Shown one piece after another: positions 35,701 to 48,800 of a stretch of 64,000 nt of DNA. The position numbers and the translations under genes are program-made. The stretch comes from Ranitomeya imitator (lineage: Eukaryota). Within the stretch, counting starts at the first letter, position 1; every line of letters begins with the position of its first letter. The notes under the pieces are model-generated. The model saw only the letters and a list, made by a program, of their open reading frames with translations. It had not been told where the DNA came from and did no database searches. Location: assembly GCF_032444005.1 (NCBI RefSeq), contig NC_091285.1:674870001-674934000 (forward strand). The letters run 5' to 3'.

Positions 35701-38700
35701 ACGACCTTCCCAGAACCGCTGACTCCACGCAGGGTCTCACCGTCCCACCCACCGCTCGTTACCTCCCTCTATAATTAAACATTTGGTGTTTTCCGTCTGG
35801 ATACAAGGCTGACTTTAGGGGGTTTTTAATTAAAGGCAAATCTCCCGGCCCCCACAATTCACCGAAGTGCTGAGAACGGGTACGAGCGGGGCTGCACCCG
35901 GGAAGGACCCCTACACAGTTATACCGGTCATGTCCCTTTAAGAGGGTTCATATAAACTTCCTCTAAATGACTGGACACCGGCGGCGGGGAGGGAAGCAGC
36001 CAGTGTTGGCGGCAGCAATGTCTACCCGTCTTCCTGTGCGACTGCGAGAGCGCGTGTCTGTGGCTAACCACTGCGGGGCGGCGCTAATGCTGTGGCCACA
36101 CAACCGCATCAATGGGGGGTCCTCAGTACCCGCTGCCGTCCTCACCGGCGACCCATTATCACCTGCAACATCTCACTTCATTTTAAAGACCCCCAAGCTA
36201 TCAGAAACTATCAGGACACCTAGACAGACACTTCTTTCCAGGGAGGTGCAATTCTATGAATTAAAAATAATTTAAAAAAAAAAAAAAAAGGTCAGAAAGA
36301 GGCTTCCTCCAGGTAAAATGCCACCTTCCCACGGCTACGTGCAGGACACCCCCGCCTTCCCACGGCCACGTACAGGACCCCCCCCACCTTCCCACGGCCA
36401 CGTACAGGACCCCCCCCCCCCTTCCCACGGCCACGTACACGACCCCCCCTTCCCACGGCCACGTACAGGACCCCCCCATGGCCACGTACAGGACCCCCCC
36501 ACCTTCCCATGGCCACGTACAGGACCCCCCGCCTTCCCACGGCCACGTACAGGACCCCCCCACGGCCACGTACAGGACCCCCCCCTTCCCACGGCCACGT
36601 ACAGGACTTCCCACGGCCACGTACAGGACTTCCCACGGCCACGTACAGGACCCCCCACGGCCACGTACAGGACCCCCCACGGCCACGTACAGGACCCCCC
36701 ACGGCCACGTACAGGACCCCCCACCTTCCCACGGCCACGACCCCCCCTTCCCACGGCCACGTACAGGACCCCCCGCCTTCCCACGGCCACGTACAGGACC
36801 CCCCCCCTTCCCACGGCCACGTACACGACCCCCCCTTCCCACGGCCACGTACAGGACCCCCCCATGGCCACGTACAGGACCCCCCCACCTTCCCATGGCC
36901 ACGTACAGGACCCCCCGCCTTCCCACGGCCACGTACAGGACCCCCCCATGGCCACGTACAGGACCCCCCGCCTTCCCATGGCCACGTACAGGACCCCCCC
37001 ACGGCCACGTACAGGACCCCCCCTTCCCACGGCCACGTACAGGACTTCCCACGGCCACGTACAGGACCTCCCACGGCCACGTACAGGACCCCCCACCTTC
37101 CCACGGCCACGTACAGGACTTCCCACGGCCACGTACAGGACTTCCCACGGCCACGTACAGGACCCCCCACGGCCACGTACAGGACCCCCCACGGCCACGT
37201 ACAGGACCCCTCACGGCCACGTACAGGACCCCCCACCTTCCCACGGCCACGACCCCCCCACTGCCACGTACAGGACCCCCCCACGGCCACGTACAGGACC
37301 CCCCCACGGCCACGTACAGGACCCCCCCACGGCCACGTACAGGACCCCCCACCTTCCCACGGCCACGTACAGGACCCCCCACCTTCCCACGGCCACGTAC
37401 AGGACCCCCCACGGCTACATGCTGGGCCCCCACTTTCCCACGTACACCGTTCTGTAGTTGCTTGGGCGCCGGCTGTAAATATGGCAGCAGTTTCCGGGCC
37501 CCACAGGACAGAGCCTATAGGGAAACACGAGCTCTCCCCAGACACGGGTGGCAGCGCTCAGTCTGCGGGGGGCGCCGCTCGCAGCGATCACAAATAACCC
37601 AGTAATTACCCTACAGATATAACCAGTAAGGAAAATGTCAGCACGTGCGTCCCTGAACGACAAATCCCTACACAGCCTGTCACGCCCAATGGAAGAAGCA
37701 CTGGCGGCCATATTGGTTGCCAGGTCCGGAGGGTTGCTGGCCGGCAGATGGGCGCACACGGGTCTGGTGGGACAGAGGATGAACACTAAAGTGGGGAAAT
37801 GTGACGTTTATCATCGTCCTCATAGGCTGAGATATCAGGTGTAGAAACCACAGGCCCAACGCTGCACTACTGCGCCGCTCAGTAAGTGTCTCCCGCCATC
37901 TGCATGCCTCAGTGGTGCAGCCTCAGTGGTGCAGCCTCAGTGGTGCAGCCTCAGTGGTGCAGCCTCAGTGGTGCAGCCTCGGGCTCCGGGCCTCCAATGT
38001 CAGTCATCTCTCTGCAGAGAAACCAGATATTAACCCCTTCATGACCCAGCCTATTTTGACCTTAATGACCTGGCCATTTTTTGCAATTCTGACCACTGTC
38101 CCTTTATCAGGTAATAATTCGGAAACGCTTCAACGGATCCTAGCGATTCGGAGATTGTTTTTTCGTGACATATTGGGCTTCATGTTAGTGGTAAATTTAG
38201 GTCAATAATTTTTGCGTTCATTTGTAAAAAAAATAAATAATCGGAGATTTGGTGAAAAATTTAGAAAATTTCGCAATTTTCAAATTTTGAATTTTTATTC
38301 TGTTAAACCAGAGAGTTATGTGACACAAGATAGTTAATAAATAACATTTCCCACATGTTTACTTTACATCAGCACAATTTTGGAAACAAATTTTTTTTTT
38401 GGTTAGGAAGTTATAAGGATTAAAAGTTGACCAGCGATTTCTAATTTTTACAACAAAATTTACCAAACCATTTTTTTTTTTTAGGGACCACCTCATATTT
38501 GAAGTCAGTTTGAAGGGTCTATATGGCTGAAAATACCCAAAAGTGACCCCATTCTAAAAACTGCACCCCTCCAGGTGCTCAAAACCACATTTAGGCTATG
38601 TGCACACATTGCAGATTCTCTGCGGATCCGCAGCGTTTATTGCGGTGCAGAAACACTGCAGATCCGCAATTGATTTACAGTACAATGTAAATCAATGAGA

Positions 38701-41700
38701 AAAAAAAAAAAATGCTGTGCACATTTTGCGGAAAATCCGCTGCGGAAACGCTGCAGTTTAAAAGAAGTAGCATGTCACTTTTTTGTGAATCTGCAGCATT
38801 CCATTATAGAAAACCGAAGAGGTAAAAACCGCAGCAAAAACGCACAAAAAAAAAAAAACACGACAAATCCGCAGGTGCGTTTTCTGCCAGGAGAGGCAGA
38901 ATCCGCACCAGAAACTCCCAAGCCTAATCCGCAACGTGTGCACATAGCCTTGTGAAAAAAAACAACTTGTTGCTAAGGCTAAAAGGAGAAAGTGGACCCC
39001 GAAAGTTGTTGTACAATTTGTCCCGAGTACACTGGTACCCCATATGTGGGGGAGAACCACTGTTTGGGCGCACGTCGGGGCTCAGAAGGGAAGGAGCGCC
39101 GTTTGACTTTTTGAACGCAAGATTGGCTGGAATCAATGGTGGCGCCATGTAGCGTTTGGAGACCCCTGATGTGCCTACACAGTGGAAACCCCCAAATTCT
39201 ATCTCCAACCCTGACCCCAACACAATCCTACCCTAACCCCAACCGTAAACATAATCCAAACCCGAAAGGAAAAAAAAAAATGGAAAAAAAATATTTTTTG
39301 CAATGAAAAGCGTCTCTTAGCGTGTGACAGCTGCCAGTCATAAAAATCCGCTATAAAAGTAAATCAAACCCCCCCTAGTTAGGGAAAAATAATAAAATAC
39401 ATACATTTTTTGCGTTACCACATTCCAAGAGCTATAATTTTTCCATATTTTGGTCCACAGAGTCATGTGAGGTCTTGTTTTTTGCGGGACGAGTTGACGT
39501 TTTTATTGGTAACATTTTTGGGCACGTGACATTTTTTGATCGCTTTTTATTCCGATTTTTGGGAGACAAAGAACAAAAACCAGCTACCGTATATACTTGA
39601 GTATAAGCCGACCCGAGTATAAGCCGACCCCCCTAATTTTGCCACAAAAAAACTGGGAAAACTTATTGACTCGAGTATAAGCCTAGGGTGGGAAATGCAG
39701 CAGCTACCGGGGAATTTCAAAAATAAAAATAGATGCTCCATACCATTCATTATTTCCCCATAGCTGTGCCATATAGTGCTCTGCACCGTTCATTATTGCC
39801 CCATAGCTGTGCCATATAGTGCTCTGCACCGTTCATTATTGTCCCATAGCTGTGCCATATAGTGCTCTGCACCGTTCATTATTGTCCCATAGCTGTGCCC
39901 CATATAGTGCTCTGCACCGTTCATTATTGCCCCATAGCTGTGCCCCATATAGTGCTCTGCACCGTTCATTATTGCCCCACAGATGCTCCATATAAATCTG
40001 TGCCATTGCTGCTGCTGCTGCTGCAATAATAATAAAAAAAAAAATAAAAAAAAAGCCATACTCACCTCTCTTGCTTGCAGCTCCCGGCGTCTCGTCCCGG
40101 CGTCTCTGCGCACTGACTGATCAGGCAGAGGGCGCCGCGCACACTATATGCGTCATCGCGCCCTCTGACCTGCACAGTCAGTGCAAGAGGACGCGAAGAC
40201 GGAGCGGCGCCGGGAAGATGGAGCGGCGCCCGGCGTGTGGAACGCAGACAGGTAAATATGACATACTTACCTAGTCCCAGCGATCCTGGGGCTTCCCCTG
40301 CCGTCCCACGATCTTCTGTGCTGCAGCCTCTTCCTCTATCAGCGGTCACCCTATGGGAGGTGGAGCCGCCTATTCATTTCTCTAATGAGCGGTCCCACGT
40401 GACTGCTGAAAAGGGGAAGAAGCTGCAGCACCCGGAGACCGTGGGACGGCAGGGACAGCGCCAGGATCGCTGGGACTAGGTAAGTATACCTCAGCGCCCT
40501 CACCCGCCGACCCTGCCGCCCACCGTGACTCGAGTATAAGCCGAGAGGGGCACTTTCAGCCCAAAAATTTGGGCTGAAAATCTCGGCTTATGCTCGAGTA
40601 TATACGGTATTCATGAATTTCTTGGGGGGGGGAGGAGGGGTGTTTATACCATTCCGCGTTTGGTAAAAGTGATAAAGCAGTTTTATTCTTCGGGTCACTA
40701 CGATTACAGCGATATACGATAAAAACTATTTTATAGAAAAAATAATTACTGTATATACACCGAGGTTTTCAGCCTTTTTTTTTTTTTATTAAGGCTAAAA
40801 GTGCCCCTCTCGGCTTATACTCCAGGCATTGTCCCAGGGGTCGGCGGGGGAGCGGCAGCTGTCACATCATACTCACCTGCTCCCGGCACAGTCTCTGCAT
40901 TTCTATTGTCCCGGCGCTGGCAGCTCTTCCTGTATTCAGCGGTCACGTGGTATCGCTCATTAAAGTAATGAGTATGGACGCGACTCCACTCCCATAGAGA
41001 TGGAGCGCATATTATTTACTTTAATGAGTGGTACCATGTGACCGCTGAACACAAGAACATGCTGACAGCGCACGCCAGTGACTATCGGAGAAGCAGGGAC
41101 TTGCAGAGAAAGCGCCAGGAGGGTGAGTATGACGGGGGAGGGTGAGCCATGTGAAATTCACCTGTCCCCGTTCCACCGCTGGCCTCTGGCTGTGACGTTC
41201 CAACAGAGGGCACGATGACATGGTTAGTGCGTGCCCTCTGCCTGAACAGTCACCAGAGACCTGAAGATACAGCGGCGCACGGCGGTGGAAAAGGTGATCA
41301 CCACAAGTGCCGGGGGCCTGAGCCAGGGGCGACTCCAGCATCTGGTACGCAGATACGAGAGGGGAGTATTTTGTATGGAGCATATTATGGGGCCCATCAT
41401 AAACTTTATGGAGCATTATATGGGGCTCATGATTCAATATGGATATTCAAACACACTTAACCTACTGATGTCTCCATTAATTTTGCTTTTATTGGTGCCT
41501 ATTTTTACTTTTGACATTTACCAGTAGCTGCTGCATTTCCCACCCTAGACTTATACTCGAGTCATTAAGTTTTCCCAGTTTTGTGTGGCAAAATTAGGGG
41601 TCTCGGCATATACTCGAGTATATATGGTATTTTTGCATCGCTATATTCTGAGAGTTATTTTTTCGCTGATGACGCTCTATGGTGGCATTTTTTTTTTTGC

Positions 41701-42751
41701 GGGACAAGATGACGTTTTCAGCAGTACCATGTTTATCTATATCCGTCTTTTTGATCGCGTGTTATTCCACTTTTTGTTTGGCGGTATGACGATAAAGCGT
41801 TGTTTTTTGCCTTGCTTTTTATTTATTTTTTTTGCGGTGTTCACTGAAGGGGTCAACTAGTGGGACAGTTTTATAGGTCGGGTCGTTACGGATGCGGCGA
41901 TACTAAATGTGTACTTTTATTGTTTTGTTTTTCTATTTACATAAAGAAATGTATTTATTGGAATTTTTTTTTCTCCTTTAAAAATAATTTTTTAAAATTC
42001 CTAAATGAACAGTTTAATATTTTTACATTGTCCCAAAATGGGACATCACTATATAGTGTCAGATCGCTGATCTGACACTTTGCACAGCACTTTATAGATC
42101 AGCGATCAGGCAGTGTAGGAGGCGTCTCAGCACCTGCTCTAGGCAGGCACGGAGAAAGCCACCTCCCTGCAGGACCAAGAAGGACACCGCAGCCATCTTG
42201 GATCCAGGGGCCTGCAGGTAGGAGACCCTCGGAATAACACGATCACATCGCGCTGTTCTGAGGGTCTCAGGGAAGCACGCAGGGAGCCCCCTCCCTGTGC
42301 GATGCTTCCCTATGCCACCGGAACGCTGCGAACATGTTTGATTGCAGTGTCCCGGGGGTTAAAGTGTTGGGATCGGTCCTTGACAACTCCTGGCTCATAG
42401 TGCCAGCTGTGATAATCAGCTGACACCTGGCCACGCTCCCCCTACTAGCCAGTCCATGGAAATGAAGTCCCAGGTCACCTAGACGGGATAGTACGTCCGA
42501 TGGCAGAAAGGGGTTAAGAAGGGGTTTACACATTTACTGCGCAGTTGTCGGGCGCCCCAGTGGGCATTACCGGGGCACAGACCATCGTCAGTGTGCAATC
42601 AGCGAGGTGACTGCATAGGACCGGCCCAGTCTCACCTTTTATGCATCTTCTCCTCCACAGATTTGGCGCAGAAGGCACGGATTTCATAATCGACACCGCA
42701 GGCCTGAAAAAGACAACAAGACGTGCAAGGGTTAACCTAATCAATCATTGA

Positions 42752-42837
<86 letters not shown>

Positions 42838-45800
42838 TTATTTTTTTTTCTTTCTTTCCTTTTTCAGAATAAAATTTATAATATTTTAATAAAATATAAA
42901 TAATGATAGTAATATAAAATATTTACTAGTAATCATAAAATAAGGAATATTAGTATAATAATAAATAATTTCAAAAATATTAAGTAAAATGTGCTATTTA
43001 GGATTCTATTTTTTCCTAGGGGTTGCGCTGTCAGTGACGTCTGCCATGACACTTGGGACCCCCATTATGTGCCGGACCCTGAATTGATGTAGATGTCACT
43101 AACGCCCCCTGGGGGTCAGGATGTAGGGGCCCGGTCACTCACCTTCCCAGTGTCCTCCGGTCCCGGCTGCAGAGTCACTGAACACGGCAAATTCTGTGGA
43201 ATCTGAGAGAGAAAAAAAAAGGAACATGACCAAAAAAGCAAAAGAAGCCCCCTGGGTAGATGAGGAGAAGAGGGTGAGGACTGACTGTGAAGTAGAAGGG
43301 GTGCGCCTGCTCCCCCAGCTTCTTGATCAGCCGCTCCTGCAGTCGGGTCAGGGGCTTCTTCTCCTCGGGTAGTGGGGGATACGCCTGGAACGTGGAGATG
43401 AACAGATCCTTCCGGAAGGACAGGCCCAAGACGTCGAGATCCTCCCGGCCATAGCGGAAGGCGCAGGTCAGGGTGACGTAGACTGCAGAGGGAGAGAAGA
43501 AGCGATGCAGGGAGAAGACCCCGACAGGCTGCAGCCCCCAACACCAGCTGATCAGGAAGTGACAGACTAACGCTCAAACTTCCCCTTTAAGGTCAGATAA
43601 GAGGAACAACTGGGGAAGTAAAGGGCCGATGGAGCAAGAGCCGCCGACACATGACCGGGGGAGGGGAGCAGTACCTTTCCGGTCCTTCAGATAATCCGTA
43701 TCCACCAGAACCACGCCGTCTACAAAACAAGACACAGGCAGGCGATGAGCGGACAGAGCCAGAGGTGTAGTGTCACACACAGGAGCGCAGCTCTGGGGTA
43801 TAATACAGGATGTAACTCAGGATCAGTAATGCATGTACACAGTGACTGCACCAGCAGAATAGTGAGTGCAGCTCTGGGGTATAATACAGGATGTAACTCA
43901 GGATCAGTAATGTAATGTATGTACACAGTGATTGCACCAGCAGAATAGTGAGTGCAGCTCTGGGGTATAATACAGGATGTAACTCAGGATCAGTAATGTA
44001 ATGTACACAGTGACTGCACCAGCAGAATAGTGAGTGCAGCTCTGGGGTATAATACAGGAGGTAACTCAGGATCAGTAATGTAATATATGTACACAGTGAC
44101 TGCACCAGCAGAATAGTGAGTGCAGCTCTGGAGTATAATACAGGAGGTAACTCAGGATCAGTAATGTAATGTATGTACACAGTGACTGCACCAGCAGAAT
44201 AGTGAGTGCAGCTCTGGGGTATAATACAGGATGTAACTCAGGATCAGTAATGTAATGTACACAGTGACTGCACCAGCAGAATAGTGAGTGCAGCTCTGGA
44301 GTATAATACAGGATGTAACTCAGGATCAGTAATGTAATGTACACAGTGACTGCACCAGCAGAATAGTGAGTGCAGCTCTGGGGTATAATACAGGATGTAA
44401 CTCAGGATCAGTAATGTAATGTATGTACACAGTGACTGCACCAGCAGAATAGTGAGTGCAGCTCTGGAGTATAATACAGGATGTAACTCAGGATCAGTAA
44501 TGTAATGTATGTACACAGTGACTGCACCAGCAGAATAGTGAGTGCAGCTCTGGGGTATAATACAGGATGTAACTCAGGATCAGTAATGTATGTACACAGT
44601 GACTGCACCAGCAGAATAGTGAGTGCAGCTCTGGGGTATAATACAGGATGTAACTCAGGATCAGTAATGTAATGTATGTACTCAGTGACTGCACCAGCAG
44701 AATAGTGAGTGCAGCTCTGGAGTATAATACAGGATGTAACTCAGGACCAGTAATGTAATGTATGTACACAGTGACTGCACCAGCAGAATAGTGAGTGCAG
44801 CTCTGGGGTATAATACAGGATGTAACTCAGGATCAGTAATGTAATGTATGTACACAGTGACTGCACCAGCAGAATAGTGAGTGCAGCTCTGGAGGATAAT
44901 ACAGGGGGTAACTCAGGATCAGTAATGTAATGTATGCACACAGTGACTGCACCAGCAGAATAGTGAGTGCAGCTCTGGGGTATAATACAGGGCAGGCTGT
45001 AACTCAGGATCAGTAATCTAATGTATGTACACAGTGACTGCACCAGCAGAATAGTGAGTGCAGCTCTGGAGTATAATACAGGATATAACTCAGGATCAGT
45101 AATGTAATGTATGTACACAGTAACCACCAGCAGAATAGTGAGTGCAGCTCTGGGGTATAATACAGGATGTAACTCAGGATCAGTAATGTAATGTATGTAC
45201 ACAGTGACTGCACCAGCAGAATAGTGAGTGCAGCTCTGGGGTATAATACAGGATCAGTAATGTAATGTATGTACACAGTGACTGCACCAGCAGAATAGTG
45301 AGTGCAGCTCTGGAGTATAATACAGGAGGTAACTCAGGATCAGTAATGTAATGTATGTACACAGTGACTGCTCCGGCAGAATAGTGAGTGCAGCTCTGGA
45401 GTATAATACAGGAGGTAACTCAGGATCAGTAATGTAATGTATGTACACAGTGACTGCACCAGTGGAATAGTGAGTGCAGCTCTGGAGTATTATACAGGAT
45501 GTAACTCAGGATCAGTAATGTAATGTATGTACACAGTGACTGCACCAGCAGAATAGTGAGTGCAGCTCTGGAGTATAATACAGGGGGTAACTCAGGATCA
45601 GTAATGTAATGTATGTACACAGTGACTGCACCAGCGGAATAGTGAGTGCAGCTCTGGAGTATTATACAGGATGTAACTCAGGATCAGTAATGTAATGTAT
45701 GTACACAGTGACTGCACCAGCAGAATAGTGAGTGCAGCTCTGGAGTATAATACAGGGGGTAACTCAGGATCAGTAATGTAATGTATGTACACAGTGACTG

Positions 45801-48800
45801 CACCAGCAGAATAGTGAGTGCAGCTCTGGAGTATAATACAGGGGGTAACTCAGGATCAGTAATGTAATGTATGTACACAGTGACTGCACCAGCAGAATAG
45901 TGAGTGCAGCTCTGGAGTATAATACAGGGGGTAACTCAGGATCAGTAATGTAATGTATGTACACAGTGACTGCAGAGAAATAGCAATTGGATCCTATTAA
46001 AACTTAACCTTTAATATATAATAGGTAATATAAAACCTGAAGTCATGCAAAAAGTGCAAAAAGATGCACCACTAAAAAAGAAAAGAAAAAGGGAAGGACA
46101 AACCTATTGAGGTGTACCCTATAAACCATACACAGAAGGAAGGGACATATACAGCAAACAAATATAAAAAATAAAAAATGACAGTACTATTTCCCTGCTA
46201 GAAACATATATACACAGGGGGATGATGTAAGTTAGTGCAGTACAAATATATCTATTAGAGATGCACAAGGTATAGCCCACACTGTTATATAAGGAGGCTT
46301 GGTACCAATTGTGCTTGTATCTAATTATAATTATACACAGTGACTGCACCAGCAGAATAGTGAGTGCAGCTCTGGAGTATAATACAGGGTGTAACTCAGG
46401 ATCAGTAATGTAATGTATGTACACAGTGACTGCACCAGCAGAATAGTGAGTGCAGCTCTGGGGTATAATACAGGATGTAACTCAGGATCAGTAATGTAAT
46501 GTATGTACACAGTGACTGCACCAGCAGAATAGTGAGTGCAGCTCTGGGGTATAATACAGGATGTAACTCAGGATCAGTAATGTAATGTATGTACACAGTG
46601 ACTGCACCAGCAGAATAGTGAGTGCAGCTCTGGGGTATAATGCATGATGTAACTCAGGATCAGTAATGTAATGTATGTACACAGTGACTGCACTAGCAGA
46701 ATAGTGAGTGCAGCTCTGGGGTATAATACAGGATCAGTAATGTATGTACACAGTGACTGCACCAGCAGAATAGTGAGTGCAGCTCTGGGGTATAATACTG
46801 GATATAACTCAGGATCAGTAATGTAATGTATGTACACAGTGACTGCATCAGCAGAATAGTGAGTGCAGCTCTGGGGTATAATACTGGATATAACTCAGGA
46901 TCAGTAATGTAATGTATGTACACAGTGACTGCACCAGCAGAATAGTGAGTGCAGCTCTGGAGTATAATACAGGATCAGTAATGTAATGTACACAGTGACT
47001 GCACCAGCAGAATAGTGAGTGCAGCTCTGGGGTATAATACAGGATCAGTAATGTATGTACACAGTGACTGCACCAGCAGAATAGTGAGTGCAGCTCTAGA
47101 GTATAATACAGGATCAGTAATGTAATGTATGTACACAGTGACTGCACCAGCAGAATAGTGAGTGCAGCTCTGGGGTATAATACATGATATATATAAAAGG
47201 TTAGGCAGCTTTCATCAGTCTCCACTTATTGGCTTTTATTTCATCACAGAAGGGCAGAATACAAAGATATAAAACCCCAATGTTGCAACTAGTGGCATAA
47301 ACATGTTCTCACCGACAGGATCCACACGATCAAGGTGATCCACAAAATCCCTCTTGCCCAGGTACACGGTCAGCTGCAAGAAGCGGGAGAACATTAGATG
47401 AATAAGCTGACTCCCTGCCAGTTGTCGCTCCCCCTGCCGTCCCCCCAGTCAGTACCACGTCCCCCCCCCCCCCCCAGTCAGTACCACGTCCCCCCCCCAG
47501 TCAGTACCACGTCCCCCCCCCAGTCAGTACCACGTCCCCCCCCCAGTCAGTACCACGTCCCCCCCCAGTCAGTACCACGTCCCCCCCCCCAGTCAGTACC
47601 ACGTCCCCCCCCCCCCAGTCAGTACCACGTCCCCCCCCCCCAGTCAGTACCACGTCCCCCCCCAGTCAGTACCACGTCCCCCCCCCAGTCAGTACCACGT
47701 CCCGCAGCTGCTTCTTGTAGACGGTGGGGCCCCGGGGCACGATGCAGCGGATCCTCTCCAGATCGGACAGGTCCATGCCTCCTTATCAGTCGCCTGCAGA
47801 CCTCTGCCTCCTCCTCAGCTGTTTACCTCGCCCTGTACCCGGGCCCACCCTGGGGAGCGCAGCACCGCAGGCCTCCGGAGATAAGGCTGCCTCTGCCTCC
47901 TCCTCAGCTGTTTACCTCGGCCCACCCTGGGGACCGCCATGGTGACTGCAACATTACCGGCTAACCCTTTCCTCGCTGGACGGTCACCGTGGAGCACTCA
48001 CCTTACAATTCGGGCTGGATTTCTTAAAAACTCTGCAAAGAAAGAAAATAAATTCAGAATTCACATTTATGTTATAGAAACCACAGACATCTGACCACTT
48101 GGTGGCGAAGCGAATGTTTTACATAGGACTGCGCCTTTTGATAGCAGAAGAGCATCCCTGCACGTCCCTTTAACGAGAACACAGGTGTCCGCAGGGTCCT
48201 ACTGTCAGTCATCTATCGGTGGGGCCCATGAGATCCCGTCTGCCGGCTCCTTAGTTACAGGATCTCTGCTGCCTGTCAGTCACTGGATCCCCTGACAGAA
48301 AACTGCCACCGCTCGGACCCGTGAGACCGTGCGCAGCCCCACGTTACACCGTGACTGCAGCTTTGGATATGACTGGAGTAGAATATGTGGTGCAACTAGA
48401 GGAAGGCAGCGACGTGACCCTTCAGAACGGGCACACGGCGCCATGAGGCGCTTCCTTCCTGACCGCACAGAAAAGAGGAAACGTGGGCGCGACATGATGG
48501 AAAGGACGTCTTAGGCCTCACTATCGCCCATAGCAACTAGAGCCACTCTGTCACTGTCCACGACAACCAATCACAGCACAGCTTTCATGACCCCAGCTAC
48601 CCAAGTAAAATGAAAGCCGCTCTGCGATTGGTTGCTCTGAACGACATTAATATCAGGATAAGAAGCGAAAACCGCCTTTTGATTGGTCACAACAGAACTA
48701 GAAAAATAAATAAACCTTTCTAATTGCAACCAATAAGAACTCAGCTTTCATTTCTGTCAACTACGCAAGTAAAATGAAAGCTGATCCGTGATTGGCTGCT

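Larger units (their letters stand above)
38034..42513. mobile_element. Non-autonomous piggyBac-like (TTAA|CCCCTT) composite with nested MITEs in arrb2 intron 7
   Basis: TTAA|CCCCTTCATGACC at 38030 and GAAAGGGG|TTAA at 42514; the terminal match covers only CCCCTT, so the ends may come from two elements; no transposase seen. Confidence 0.55.

Noticed and set aside
36261-37605. Overlapping 290-420 aa ORFs on both strands
   Set aside because: Minisatellite artefact inside arrb2 intron 7.
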